A model generated the notes under the pieces. It was not told where the DNA came from. It worked only from the letters and a program-made list of their open reading frames with translations, and searched no databases. The position numbers and the translations under genes are program-made. 64,000 nt of DNA from a virus. Taxonomy: Duplodnaviria > Caudoviricetes. Shown in pieces: positions 42,447-51,428 of the stretch. The stretch lies in IMG/VR virus record IMGVR_UViG_3300011242_000003, positions 82,795 to 146,794 of that record. The stretch is one strand, 5' to 3'. The stretch's first letter is position 1. Each line of letters begins with the position of its first letter.

Positions 42447-44414
42447 ATGAGTAATAATTATAATTCAGACTCAATTCAATCATTAGGATTGCTTGGTGGT
42501 GTACGAGCAAAACCTGCGTCTATAGGGTTAGAATCTCATAGTCATACTTTTGTTGAAATATTAATGAATTCTATAGATGAATTTCGAGAAGGTCATGGAG
42601 ATAGAATAATAGTGACAAAACATAAAGACAGTTCTATATCTGTTCAAGACTTCGGAAGGTCTTTACCTATGGCTAAAAATTCAAATGGGGAGTATGCCTA
42701 TAAAAAGATTTTTGAAGAAATGTGGTCAGGAGGCAAATATAAAAACAATTCTAAAAACGAACAAGGAAATTACAAATGGTCTTGTGGAACTAATGGATGT
42801 GGAGCATTTGGAACTTGTGCCTGTGCTGATTTTTTAGAAGCAACAGCTATAGCCCCTAACAATAAGAAATATCATATAAGATATGAAAAGGGTATACAAG
42901 TAGGTGAATTTAAGGAAACTTCTCATAATTTTGATTATACGGGAACTATAATTCATTGGATACCATCAAAAGAGGTATTCAAAGGAGATAATGACATATC
43001 AAAAGAATTCATATGTGAAATCCTTAAACAACAGGCTATAACAAATGATAATTTAACTTTTATATACATAGATGAAAACACCAATGATGAGATTAGTTTT
43101 TGCTATAAGAATGGTGCTGAAGATTACATAAGGGAATTAGATAAAAACAATACATCTATAATAGATATTATAAAAATTTCAACTGAAGCCGAAGGTAGAG
43201 AAAACAACGATGATGAAACTTTTGCTATCAAATCAAATCTGACTTTTACTTTTAACAATGATATAAATTTAATGGAATATTATCATAATTCTTCATATCT
43301 TGAAAATGGTGGAACTCCACAAGATTTTATAAAAAATGGTTTTACATACGCAATAGATAAATATATCTCTGATAAGCATATGTATAAAAGTAAAGAGAAG
43401 AAGATTTCTTTTGATGATATTCAAGATAGCCTGATAATTGTTAGTGATACTTATTCAACTATATCTTTATACACAGACCAAGCTAAAAAGAAAATAAATT
43501 CTAAATTTATGAAATCTCATGTTTCCGACTTTATAAAAGAGCAATTGCATATTTACTTTACTGAAAATACAATTCAAGCAGAATTAATTTGTAATCAAAT
43601 CTTGTTAAATAAAAGAGTTAGAGAACATGGAGAAGTTGCAAAGAAGAATATTAAGAAAAAGCTATCTGAAAACAATGATACTTTTGGAAATAAAGTTGCC
43701 AAACTTACAGACTCTAAAATACATGGAGAAGAAGCAGAATTATTTATAGCAGAAGGTTTATCTGCCAAAACTTCCTTAGTAGATGCAAGAAACCCTAAAA
43801 CACAAGGAGTTTATGCATTAAGAGGTAAAGTATTAAATTGCTTAAAAGCTAACTATGATGAAATATTCAAAAATGATGTTATCTTAGACTTGATAAGAGC
43901 TTTAGGTTGTGGTGTTAAAGTAGATAATAAAAGATACAAAGAGTTTAATAGTTTTAATATAACAAAATTAAGATACGGCAAGGCTATAATAGGAGTAGAT
44001 GCAGACCCTGATGGAATTGGCTCTATTTGTCCATTGATACTTACAATGATTTATAGGCTTATGCCCGAATTATTATATCAAGGTAAAATATATATGGTAT
44101 TGACTCCTTTATTCAATGTTAAAGATAGCAACGGCAAAATACATTATTGTTATACCGAACAGGAAAAAGAAGAATTGATTAAAACTTTAAAAGGCAAATA
44201 TGTAGTAAAGCGTGTGAAAGGCTTGGGAGAACAAAATGCAGATGATATGTATACAACTGCTATGAATCCTGATACAAGAAGAATGATTAAAATAGAAGTA
44301 GATGATGCTAAAAAGATGATGGATATGTTTGAGTTATGGATGGGAACAGAGGTTGAGCCTAGAAAAGAATATATCACAGAACATTTACATGAATATTTTA
44401 ATTACGAAGATTAA
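42447..44414 (+). CDS. type IIA topoisomerase subunit B (GyrB/ParE-like)
   Basis: EILMNSIDE; DFGR; EGLSA; LRGKVLN; DADPDG; RVKGLGE. Confidence 0.92.
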   Translation: MSNNYNSDSIQSLGLLGGVRAKPASIGLESHSHTFVEILMNSIDEFREGHGDRIIVTKHKDSSISVQDFGRSLPMAKNSNGEYAYKKIFEEMWSGGKYKNNSKNEQGNYKWSCGTNGCGAFGTCACADFLEATAIAPNNKKYHIRYEKGIQVGEFKETSHNFDYTGTIIHWIPSKEVFKGDNDISKEFICEILKQQAITNDNLTFIYIDENTNDEISFCYKNGAEDYIRELDKNNTSIIDIIKISTEAEGRENNDDETFAIKSNLTFTFNNDINLMEYYHNSSYLENGGTPQDFIKNGFTYAIDKYISDKHMYKSKEKKISFDDIQDSLIIVSDTYSTISLYTDQAKKKINSKFMKSHVSDFIKEQLHIYFTENTIQAELICNQILLNKRVREHGEVAKKNIKKKLSENNDTFGNKVAKLTDSKIHGEEAELFIAEGLSAKTSLVDARNPKTQGVYALRGKVLNCLKANYDEIFKNDVILDLIRALGCGVKVDNKRYKEFNSFNITKLRYGKAIIGVDADPDGIGSICPLILTMIYRLMPELLYQGKIYMVLTPLFNVKDSNGKIHYCYTEQEKEELIKTLKGKYVVKRVKGLGEQNADDMYTTAMNPDTRRMIKIEVDDAKKMMDMFELWMGTEVEPRKEYITEHLHEYFNYED

Positions 44415-44428
44415 TGGAGGAATAATAA

Positions 44429-46462
44429 ATGCAATATAAGAAAGTAAAAATTGATGAATTGCTTAATGATAATGTTATGCTTTTTAGCCAATACATTATA
44501 AAAAATAGGGCTTTGCCAGATTTATATAGTGGCATGAAACCTATACATTCTAAAATATTATGGAGTATGTATGAGAATAAAACATTTGAATATGTAAAAT
44601 CTGCAACGGTTAGTGGTAGAGTATTTCAATATTCTCCTCATGGAGATTGTTATGATACCATTGTAAATATGGTTCAAAAAGATAGACACCTACATCCTCT
44701 TATAGATGGCGATGGAAGTTGGGGTAAATTCTGTTCAACGGAGATGGTAGCATCTGCTTCAAGATATACAGAGTGTAGACTATCTAATTTAGCAATTGAC
44801 TGTTTAGAAGGTGTTAAAGATAATATGGTTGAAATGATACCTAACTATGACAATAGTTGTGTAATGCCCAAATATACACCTACTAAATTCCCATTGATAC
44901 TGTGTATGGCAAGTAATGGAATGGCTGTAGGTATGGCAAATAATTCACCTTCATTTAACCTTATTGATGTTTGTGATAACACTATTAAATATCTCAAAGG
45001 TGAAGATATGAATGATATTGTACCTGACTTTGCTTCAGGCGGTAAGATTATTTATGATAAAAATGAAATAAAAAAAATTAATAATAATGGCATAGGTAAG
45101 GTTGTTCTTAGGGCAAAATACCACTTTGAAGATAATAATATAATCATTACTGAAATTCCATATGGTAATAAAATATATGTTGAAACTATTGTTGATAAAA
45201 TTATAGAATTATGTAAAAAAGGTAAAATAAAAGAAATAACAGATATCCTAGACCAATCTGGAAAAGATGGTTTAAGCATTGAAATTAGTTGTAAGAAAAA
45301 CACAGACAAAGAGAAATTGATGCAGAAATTATATGCTTTAACACCTTTACAATCCAACTTTGTTGCAAATATGAATGTGTTGGTAGAAGCATCTCCTATG
45401 GTACTAGGCGTAAAAGATACTATTGTTAAATGGAGTAATTTTAGACAACAATGTATGACTAATAAAATTAAAAACAATATTGATATTAAATCTAAAAAAT
45501 TACACAAATCACTAGGTTTAAAAAGTGTATTGCTTGATATTGATAAAGCTATAGAAATAATCAAGGAATCAGAAACAGATGCTCTTATAATTAGTAATCT
45601 AATAATCACTTTTAATATAGATGAAGTTCAGGCTAACTATATATCAGATATTAAGTTGCGTAATATAAATCACAATTATATACTCAAACAGATACAAGAT
45701 ATAGATGCTTTACAATCAGAGGTAGAATATTTAAAATCTATTGTAGATAATATAGATGAAATTAACAAACTCATTATTAGTGAACTTGAAGAGGTGAAAA
45801 AGAAATACGGAAAACCTAGACAAACAGAAATAATATATGAAGATACATTGCAAGAAATATCTAGTGATGAACTTATCGAAGATTATACAACGACCTTAGT
45901 ATATACAAAGGAACAATATTTCAAGAAAACTAAGAAGTATTCAGAAGTTCAAAAGGTTAAAGATGGGGATGATGTGCAGACCATAATACAATGCTCTAAT
46001 AAAGATAAAGCTATATTTATAACCAATCAAGGCAATGGATATATATTAAATCTATGGGAAGTAGAAGATAAACAACCTAGTCAATTAGGAGAGTATCTAC
46101 CTTCAATATTACCACTAGAAAGTAAGGAAGAAGTTCTAGGTATGATTACTACTAATGACTGCAAAGGTTATGTTATAATTGTATATTCCGATGGTCATGT
46201 AGTTAAAATCCCATTACAATCATATTATACTAAACAAAACTCTAAGAAATTAAAAAATTGTTTATCTGATTGTGGTGAGCCTATACTAATAACTCAGATA
46301 ACTGAAGATAAAGATATTGAAATTGCAAGTTCTTTCGGTAAAACTATTACTGTAAATACTAAAGATATAAGTGAAAAGAAATCAAGAAGTTCTAATGGAG
46401 TAACTGTTATGAAAAGTACAAGAGAAGGATTCAAAGTTATCAAAGCAATAATACCAAACTAA
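44429..46462 (+). CDS. type IIA topoisomerase subunit A (GyrA/ParC-like)
   Basis: RALPD...GMKP; SPHGD; SRYTE catalytic Tyr; ITEIPY. Confidence 0.92.
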   Translation: MQYKKVKIDELLNDNVMLFSQYIIKNRALPDLYSGMKPIHSKILWSMYENKTFEYVKSATVSGRVFQYSPHGDCYDTIVNMVQKDRHLHPLIDGDGSWGKFCSTEMVASASRYTECRLSNLAIDCLEGVKDNMVEMIPNYDNSCVMPKYTPTKFPLILCMASNGMAVGMANNSPSFNLIDVCDNTIKYLKGEDMNDIVPDFASGGKIIYDKNEIKKINNNGIGKVVLRAKYHFEDNNIIITEIPYGNKIYVETIVDKIIELCKKGKIKEITDILDQSGKDGLSIEISCKKNTDKEKLMQKLYALTPLQSNFVANMNVLVEASPMVLGVKDTIVKWSNFRQQCMTNKIKNNIDIKSKKLHKSLGLKSVLLDIDKAIEIIKESETDALIISNLIITFNIDEVQANYISDIKLRNINHNYILKQIQDIDALQSEVEYLKSIVDNIDEINKLIISELEEVKKKYGKPRQTEIIYEDTLQEISSDELIEDYTTTLVYTKEQYFKKTKKYSEVQKVKDGDDVQTIIQCSNKDKAIFITNQGNGYILNLWEVEDKQPSQLGEYLPSILPLESKEEVLGMITTNDCKGYVIIVYSDGHVVKIPLQSYYTKQNSKKLKNCLSDCGEPILITQITEDKDIEIASSFGKTITVNTKDISEKKSRSSNGVTVMKSTREGFKVIKAIIPN

Positions 46463-46488
46463 TATATTAAAATAAAAGGGGTGATACC

Positions 46489-46641
46489 ATGAAAAGGGCA
46501 ACTTATTGTATAAATACGAAATGTAAAAGAAATTGTCTAAGAAAGAATATACCTACTGATAAGCCAATACCAAGCTATTTATTGGTATTATTCAATCACA
46601 AGCACTGCAAACATTATTTAAAGGATGAAAGGAAGATGTAG
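46489..46641 (+). CDS. small Cys-rich protein (50 aa)
   Basis: RBS GGGGTG; MKRATYCINTKCKRNC... Confidence 0.55.
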   Translation: MKRATYCINTKCKRNCLRKNIPTDKPIPSYLLVLFNHKHCKHYLKDERKM

Positions 46642-46644
46642 AAT

Positions 46645-47301
46645 ATGAAAATAACAAACACAGAAGTTTATGGATTTAAAAGTGCTTTAAGAGGTATGAG
46701 AAACCCAATGAATAGCCATCATTTAAGCGATAGTTACATGGAGAATAATGAGTATTTAATAGGGGAAAAAGATTTAAAACTAGCACAAAACCTTATTAAA
46801 TCAGGTACAGAACATTGTAAGTTTCTTAGACAAATACAAGTTTGGTGTGATATAGATGAGCCTAGATACTGGTGGTCAGAATTTGATACTTATAAAGTAG
46901 GTACAAGTGCAAATAGTTCTTCTACAATGCATAAACTTTTTAATAAAAAATCTCCTATAACAAAAGATATGTTTGTAATATGTCCAGAGGATGAAGATAT
47001 TGCAGAAATAGTTATAAACAGAATAAATGAAATTAGAAAAGAATGGCTTACAATAGAGGATAATCAGCAGTATAAAGATTATTTATTGTTAAGAGCTAAG
47101 AGATTGTTAATGGAAGGGTATTTGCAATTAAGAACGGTTAATTTAAATTATGCAGTAATTAGACATATTATATTACAACGTAAAAATCATAGATTAAAAG
47201 AGGAATGGCAAGACGTATTCTGTAAATGGGCTACTACATTACCATATAGTAAGAAATTGATATTCTGTGGAATTGAAGATGAGTATAATAGGCTCAAATA
47301 A
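46645..47301 (+). CDS. divergent ThyX-like protein
   Basis: LIKSGTEHCKFLR; PRYWWSEFDTY; LNYAVIRHIILQRKNHRLKEEW; no RHRxxS motif. Confidence 0.55.
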   Translation: MKITNTEVYGFKSALRGMRNPMNSHHLSDSYMENNEYLIGEKDLKLAQNLIKSGTEHCKFLRQIQVWCDIDEPRYWWSEFDTYKVGTSANSSSTMHKLFNKKSPITKDMFVICPEDEDIAEIVINRINEIRKEWLTIEDNQQYKDYLLLRAKRLLMEGYLQLRTVNLNYAVIRHIILQRKNHRLKEEWQDVFCKWATTLPYSKKLIFCGIEDEYNRLK

Positions 47302-47317
47302 AAAATAGAAAAAAATA

Positions 47318-47365
47318 AGGGCAATATAAAATAATCTAAATTAATAGACTAAATTATATTGCCCT
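47318..47365. terminator. terminator hairpin ending the + strand operon
   Basis: AGGGCAATATAA / TTATATTGCCCT. Confidence 0.65.
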
Positions 47366-47369
47366 AAAG

Positions 47370-47961
47370 TGTATATTAAATATAATTATGGTTATAATAT
47401 TAATGTTATTAAATATTCAAAACTTAATATTCTTTTATATTAATCATTTGCACCAAAAGATAGTTATTTCTAATTAAAGAGGTAACTATCTTTTCTTTTA
47501 AAAGGTATATTTTATTTTGTTTAAATTATTTTTAAATAATATGTATATTTATTGATATGTTGAATATACTATTAATATCTTCTTAAATAAGCATGGAGAC
47601 AGCTTATTAAAAAGAGAAATCTCAAATTAAATTTTATATTAGGGAATAAGTCATTATCTTGTAATTATTTGTAGTAATTATTTTAGATATTGGCTTATTT
47701 TCTATGTATATTTTCTCTAAAATAGAGTATAATTATAACATACCATTTCATAGGTATAATTGGGTTCACAAAAGAAAAAAGAAAGGATATATAGATTCAG
47801 AACGATTCACACCTGTTCCTTCACTATATATCCTTTGAATTATTTTAATATTTTTATTGACATATCATATATCCTTTGATATACTTAAATTAGACATAAT
47901 ATATTTGCTAGATATTAAACTAGTTAGAAGAGGGTGGATGCTTGGACATTTACCTTCTTTT
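47370..47961 (+). ncRNA. four tandem promoter-short RNA-terminator units (candidate sRNAs)
   Basis: TGTATA-N17-TATAAT 47370; TGTATA-N17-TATACT 47542; TGTATA-N17-TATAAT 47705; TTGACA-N17-TATACT 47857; each followed by a hairpin. Confidence 0.5.
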
Positions 47962-48369
47962 CTATTTTACTTTTTCCTTGATTAATGTTAAATCAACTTT
48001 AATGTCCTTAAGTTCAGTATTCATGGTATTTAATTCTGATTGAACATTGTTTATAACACCATTACTAATTTTCTGCTCTGTAAGTGCTTCGGAAAATGAG
48101 TCTATAGCTTTCTGAAACAGCTTTTTATCTTCTTTACTATCTGATTCCAACCTTTCAATAGTTTTATTTAATTTTTCTACATGAATTTCTTGAGATTGTT
48201 TAAGTCTATCTTCCATTGCCAGTCTTTCTTTTTTTTCTTCTCCCATTTGCCTTTCCATTTTGTCGTTCTGCTCTTTTTTATCCTTCTCTCTTTGAAAATA
48301 TATGTATATTAACATTGCACTTGGTATTCCTATTGTACTACATAATTGTAGAAAACTATTTACATCCAT
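47962..48369 (-). CDS. membrane-anchored coiled-coil protein, BhlA/UviB holin-like
   Basis: Single N-terminal TM plus coiled coil. Confidence 0.55.
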   Translation of the reverse strand: MDVNSFLQLCSTIGIPSAMLIYIYFQREKDKKEQNDKMERQMGEEKKERLAMEDRLKQSQEIHVEKLNKTIERLESDSKEDKKLFQKAIDSFSEALTEQKISNGVINNVQSELNTMNTELKDIKVDLTLIKEKVK

Positions 48370-48385
48370 ACTATTTTATTCCTCC

Positions 48386-49390
48386 TTAATCAAATAAATT
48401 ATCTAAATCAGATTCTTCTCGTAAATCGTAAAACTTCTGAGTTGTGCTGATATCATTATGTTGGGCTACGTATTTACTTACAGTTTTCATATCTTTTCCT
48501 TTTGAAAGAAGATAAGTTATAGCTGAACTTTTGAATAAATGTGGATTAATTCTTCTACCTAATATATCTGATAATACATTAGCACATAAGTCATCAGCCC
48601 AACTTCTTGAAACTGCTTTTATTTCTCCATTATATTTAGTAGTGAATATATATTCATGTTCATATTCTCTATATTCTAACCATAGGCTTATGTATTTCAG
48701 ACATTCTTCATTCAACATATATTGACAAACTTTTCCATCTATTGAGCGACCCTTTTCACGAACTTTGTTGCTTAGTACATATGTTTTGCCTTCAGGTATG
48801 CCATCTTTAATACATTCAGTTTTAAACTGTACAATACCTCCTCGTCTAGCACCACAATTAAATGCACATACTACCCATGCTAAAGATATGTAATTTTCAT
48901 CTTCCAATAACACCTCTTTTAGTTTAATATATTCTTCTTCTGAAATAGGTATTTTTTCATACACATAGTTTAGAGGTATATCTTTAAATGCAGTTGTAAA
49001 GTTTCTAAAAGTAGCGTATTCAGGCATATCCTCATCTTCTACTATATTATCAAGTATGTAACCACATAATGAACTAGTTGCTGATTTTTTGAATTTAAGC
49101 CCACTTGAAGACATACCTCTATTTACCAAGTAAGACATATATCTAGTAAAATCCCTCTTTTTAATTTTGTGCAATGGTTTATCATTACAAGATGTATATA
49201 TCCAATATACAAACTGTCTCAATGCTGACCAATATTGAGTTTTTGTATCAGGGGATAAAGTTGCCTTATTATCAAAAAACTCTTGTATTATATCTCTTGT
49301 TTCTTTATTGCATTGATTATACATTTCATCTGTGACTTCTGGTAATTTAATTGCTCTATCTCTAACCATATTTTTATTTATTTTTGCCAT
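48386..49390 (-). CDS. tyrosine recombinase
   Basis: SAM-like N-domain; CGARRGG (R); EKGR (K); PHLFK (HxxK); QHNDISTTQKFY (H, Y). Confidence 0.9.
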   Translation of the reverse strand: MAKINKNMVRDRAIKLPEVTDEMYNQCNKETRDIIQEFFDNKATLSPDTKTQYWSALRQFVYWIYTSCNDKPLHKIKKRDFTRYMSYLVNRGMSSSGLKFKKSATSSLCGYILDNIVEDEDMPEYATFRNFTTAFKDIPLNYVYEKIPISEEEYIKLKEVLLEDENYISLAWVVCAFNCGARRGGIVQFKTECIKDGIPEGKTYVLSNKVREKGRSIDGKVCQYMLNEECLKYISLWLEYREYEHEYIFTTKYNGEIKAVSRSWADDLCANVLSDILGRRINPHLFKSSAITYLLSKGKDMKTVSKYVAQHNDISTTQKFYDLREESDLDNLFD

Positions 49391-49408
49391 TTATTTATCG
49401 TCTCCTTT

Positions 49409-50299
49409 CTAGTTGTAGAATTGTTTTATATCTTCTGATTTTTCATATAACAATTTAATTATCGCCAATGTTTCATCTAGGGTTTTATCCAATTTTAATC
49501 TATTAAACTCAGAAGGGATTACATATAAATTATCAATTAAAGAATTGCCTCCCTTAGATATGGGTGTCTTATGGTCTACATCTAATTTATCATGCATACT
49601 GCTTTCAAATGCTTCTTTTAGAGTTATATTATAAACTGGGTCTTTATTGGTTTCACAAAAGATTTTAAAATCCTCAAAACTTAAACATTCAACATTTCTT
49701 TTCTTGGAATTTTGTTCTAAGCTTTTATATCTATAATATATATGTCTTTCATAGTTATTATAATATTTTTGTTTATTGCGATGACTACAACAATCCTTAC
49801 ACTCACCTGTTTTACACATCATATTTATGTTCTTTTTATTAGTAGTGAATTCATCTATTTGTTTGAATATTTTACATTGCGTACATTGAATATAGTAATT
49901 GTTATTGTAAAGTATTAACATTCTAACAGCACCATTAATAATTTTGTTATATTTATATTTTATTTCCCCATATCCTTGGTTAATCAACTCCATCATTTTA
50001 CTATAAGTGAACTCATTATCTTTTAATTTTATATCTTCAACTTGATTTTGCTCACATTCATAACCTATCAACCCACCTAATATACATTTATTTAATATGC
50101 TTGTTCTTATATTGAATTCATGATTTTTATAAATTACGTTTATCATAGATTTTTTACCATCTATATATTTATTTATATAAATATCACCTTTAACATCGTC
50201 ATAAATAAAATTAATAGTTTGTCCTATGCTCTTCTTCCAGTTAATACAACTTCCTCTTTTGGGTAGGTTATCTAAATATACTTTTCTCATTTTAATCAT
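49409..50299 (-). CDS. free-standing HNH endonuclease
   Basis: CTQC/CKDC; VDHKTPISKGG...NL...NRLK. Confidence 0.85.
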   Translation of the reverse strand: MIKMRKVYLDNLPKRGSCINWKKSIGQTINFIYDDVKGDIYINKYIDGKKSMINVIYKNHEFNIRTSILNKCILGGLIGYECEQNQVEDIKLKDNEFTYSKMMELINQGYGEIKYKYNKIINGAVRMLILYNNNYYIQCTQCKIFKQIDEFTTNKKNINMMCKTGECKDCCSHRNKQKYYNNYERHIYYRYKSLEQNSKKRNVECLSFEDFKIFCETNKDPVYNITLKEAFESSMHDKLDVDHKTPISKGGNSLIDNLYVIPSEFNRLKLDKTLDETLAIIKLLYEKSEDIKQFYN

Positions 50300-50337
50300 C
50301 CTTTCATAAACAATTTTTAATAAAATAAAAGGGCAGG

Positions 50338-50523
50338 TTATTTACCTACGCCTTCTGACCAATCTTTTAATATTTTTAATGTTTCATTTGTTTTAGGATA
50401 AACCCAAAACATTTTATTTGTGCTTGTATCTAATCCTTTTTTAAAATATTTAATATTATTATTTTTAAATCTATTGTATAAATTAATAGAGTAGCAAATA
50501 TAACAATATTTATTTAAATCCAT
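50338..50523 (-). CDS. small hypothetical protein (DUF5659-like)
   Basis: YICYSINL...FWVY; RBS GGAGAG. Confidence 0.6.
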   Translation of the reverse strand: MDLNKYCYICYSINLYNRFKNNNIKYFKKGLDTSTNKMFWVYPKTNETLKILKDWSEGVGK

Positions 50524-50575
50524 TCTTCATCTCTCCATTTACCATTTATTGCTTTAAATATATTCTATAATACGC

Positions 50576-50605
50576 AATGTCGTGAAATGATGGTTTCGCG
50601 ACATT
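50576..50605. promoter_or_regulatory. candidate tyrosine-recombinase crossover site
   Basis: AATGTCGTGAAA-TGATGG-TTTCGCGACATT: 12-bp inverted arms (one mismatch) around a 6-bp spacer. Confidence 0.55.
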
Positions 50606-50765
50606 ATTAGATATTTTTGATAGGGTGGTAGAATCGTTGATATTACTTATGTATAGGTATTTTTGATTTTATTTTTATTTGTGGATAAGTTATTTTTCTA
50701 TAAAAAGTTTAGTAATAGTAAACAAGCTATACTCCTTATTAAATATAAAATAAGTCAACACAATA

Positions 50766-50796
50766 AAAAGAGTAGACTATTAAAAATCTACTCTCT
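50766..50796 (-). terminator. intrinsic terminator after holin
   Basis: AGAGTAGA / TCTACTCT stem with T tract on the - strand. Confidence 0.65.
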
Positions 50797-50913
50797 AATA
50801 TTTTACTTATTTTAAATCATATTAATTATTTTAAATTATAATCATACAAATACTAGTTTAAGTTTAAAATATATTCCAATTAATTTTATATAACTAATAT
50901 ATTAAATACTATT

Positions 50914-51267
50914 TTATTCTAGGTGTTTACCAATAGACTCATCAATAGACTTTACTGCTAGGTTTCTTAATTCATCAATTTGTGCTTTAGTTACATAAGG
51001 AATCTTTTCAACTATTAATTTAGTAAATTCTTCTGCTTTATCACCAACTAATTCTCCAAGTCTAAATCTTTCCTCAATAACTTTTGCTAAGTCTATTGCT
51101 AATTTCTTATTTGCCTCATACTCATGAACTCCTATTTCAGCTTTTTTCTTTTCTATTAAAGTAGATATATATTCACCAACTAACTTTGCTAATGCAGGTA
51201 TTACTATTGCTAAAATAGCCACCAATGCTGTTCCTAAAATTGATAATATTTGATTTATTATTTCCAT
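50914..51267 (-). CDS. holin (LL-H-like)
   Basis: N-terminal TM; lysis-module position; VIEE...KAEEF...AV pattern. Confidence 0.65.
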   Translation of the reverse strand: MEIINQILSILGTALVAILAIVIPALAKLVGEYISTLIEKKKAEIGVHEYEANKKLAIDLAKVIEERFRLGELVGDKAEEFTKLIVEKIPYVTKAQIDELRNLAVKSIDESIGKHLE

Positions 51268-51428
51268 TATTTATTCCTCCTTAAATTTTGATAAAATAAA
51301 AGTATACATAAGTTTACTATGTTTACATATGTATACTTACTATAATTTGTAAATTAAAATGTTTCTTTTAATTGGATTATGTTTTAATATTTTGGTTAAA
51401 GTGGTTCACAATATCCTTCTATTATGCA

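Noticed and set aside
47403-47477. 24-codon ORF within sRNA unit 1
   Set aside because: No RBS, starts at or before the predicted TSS and runs into the terminator stem
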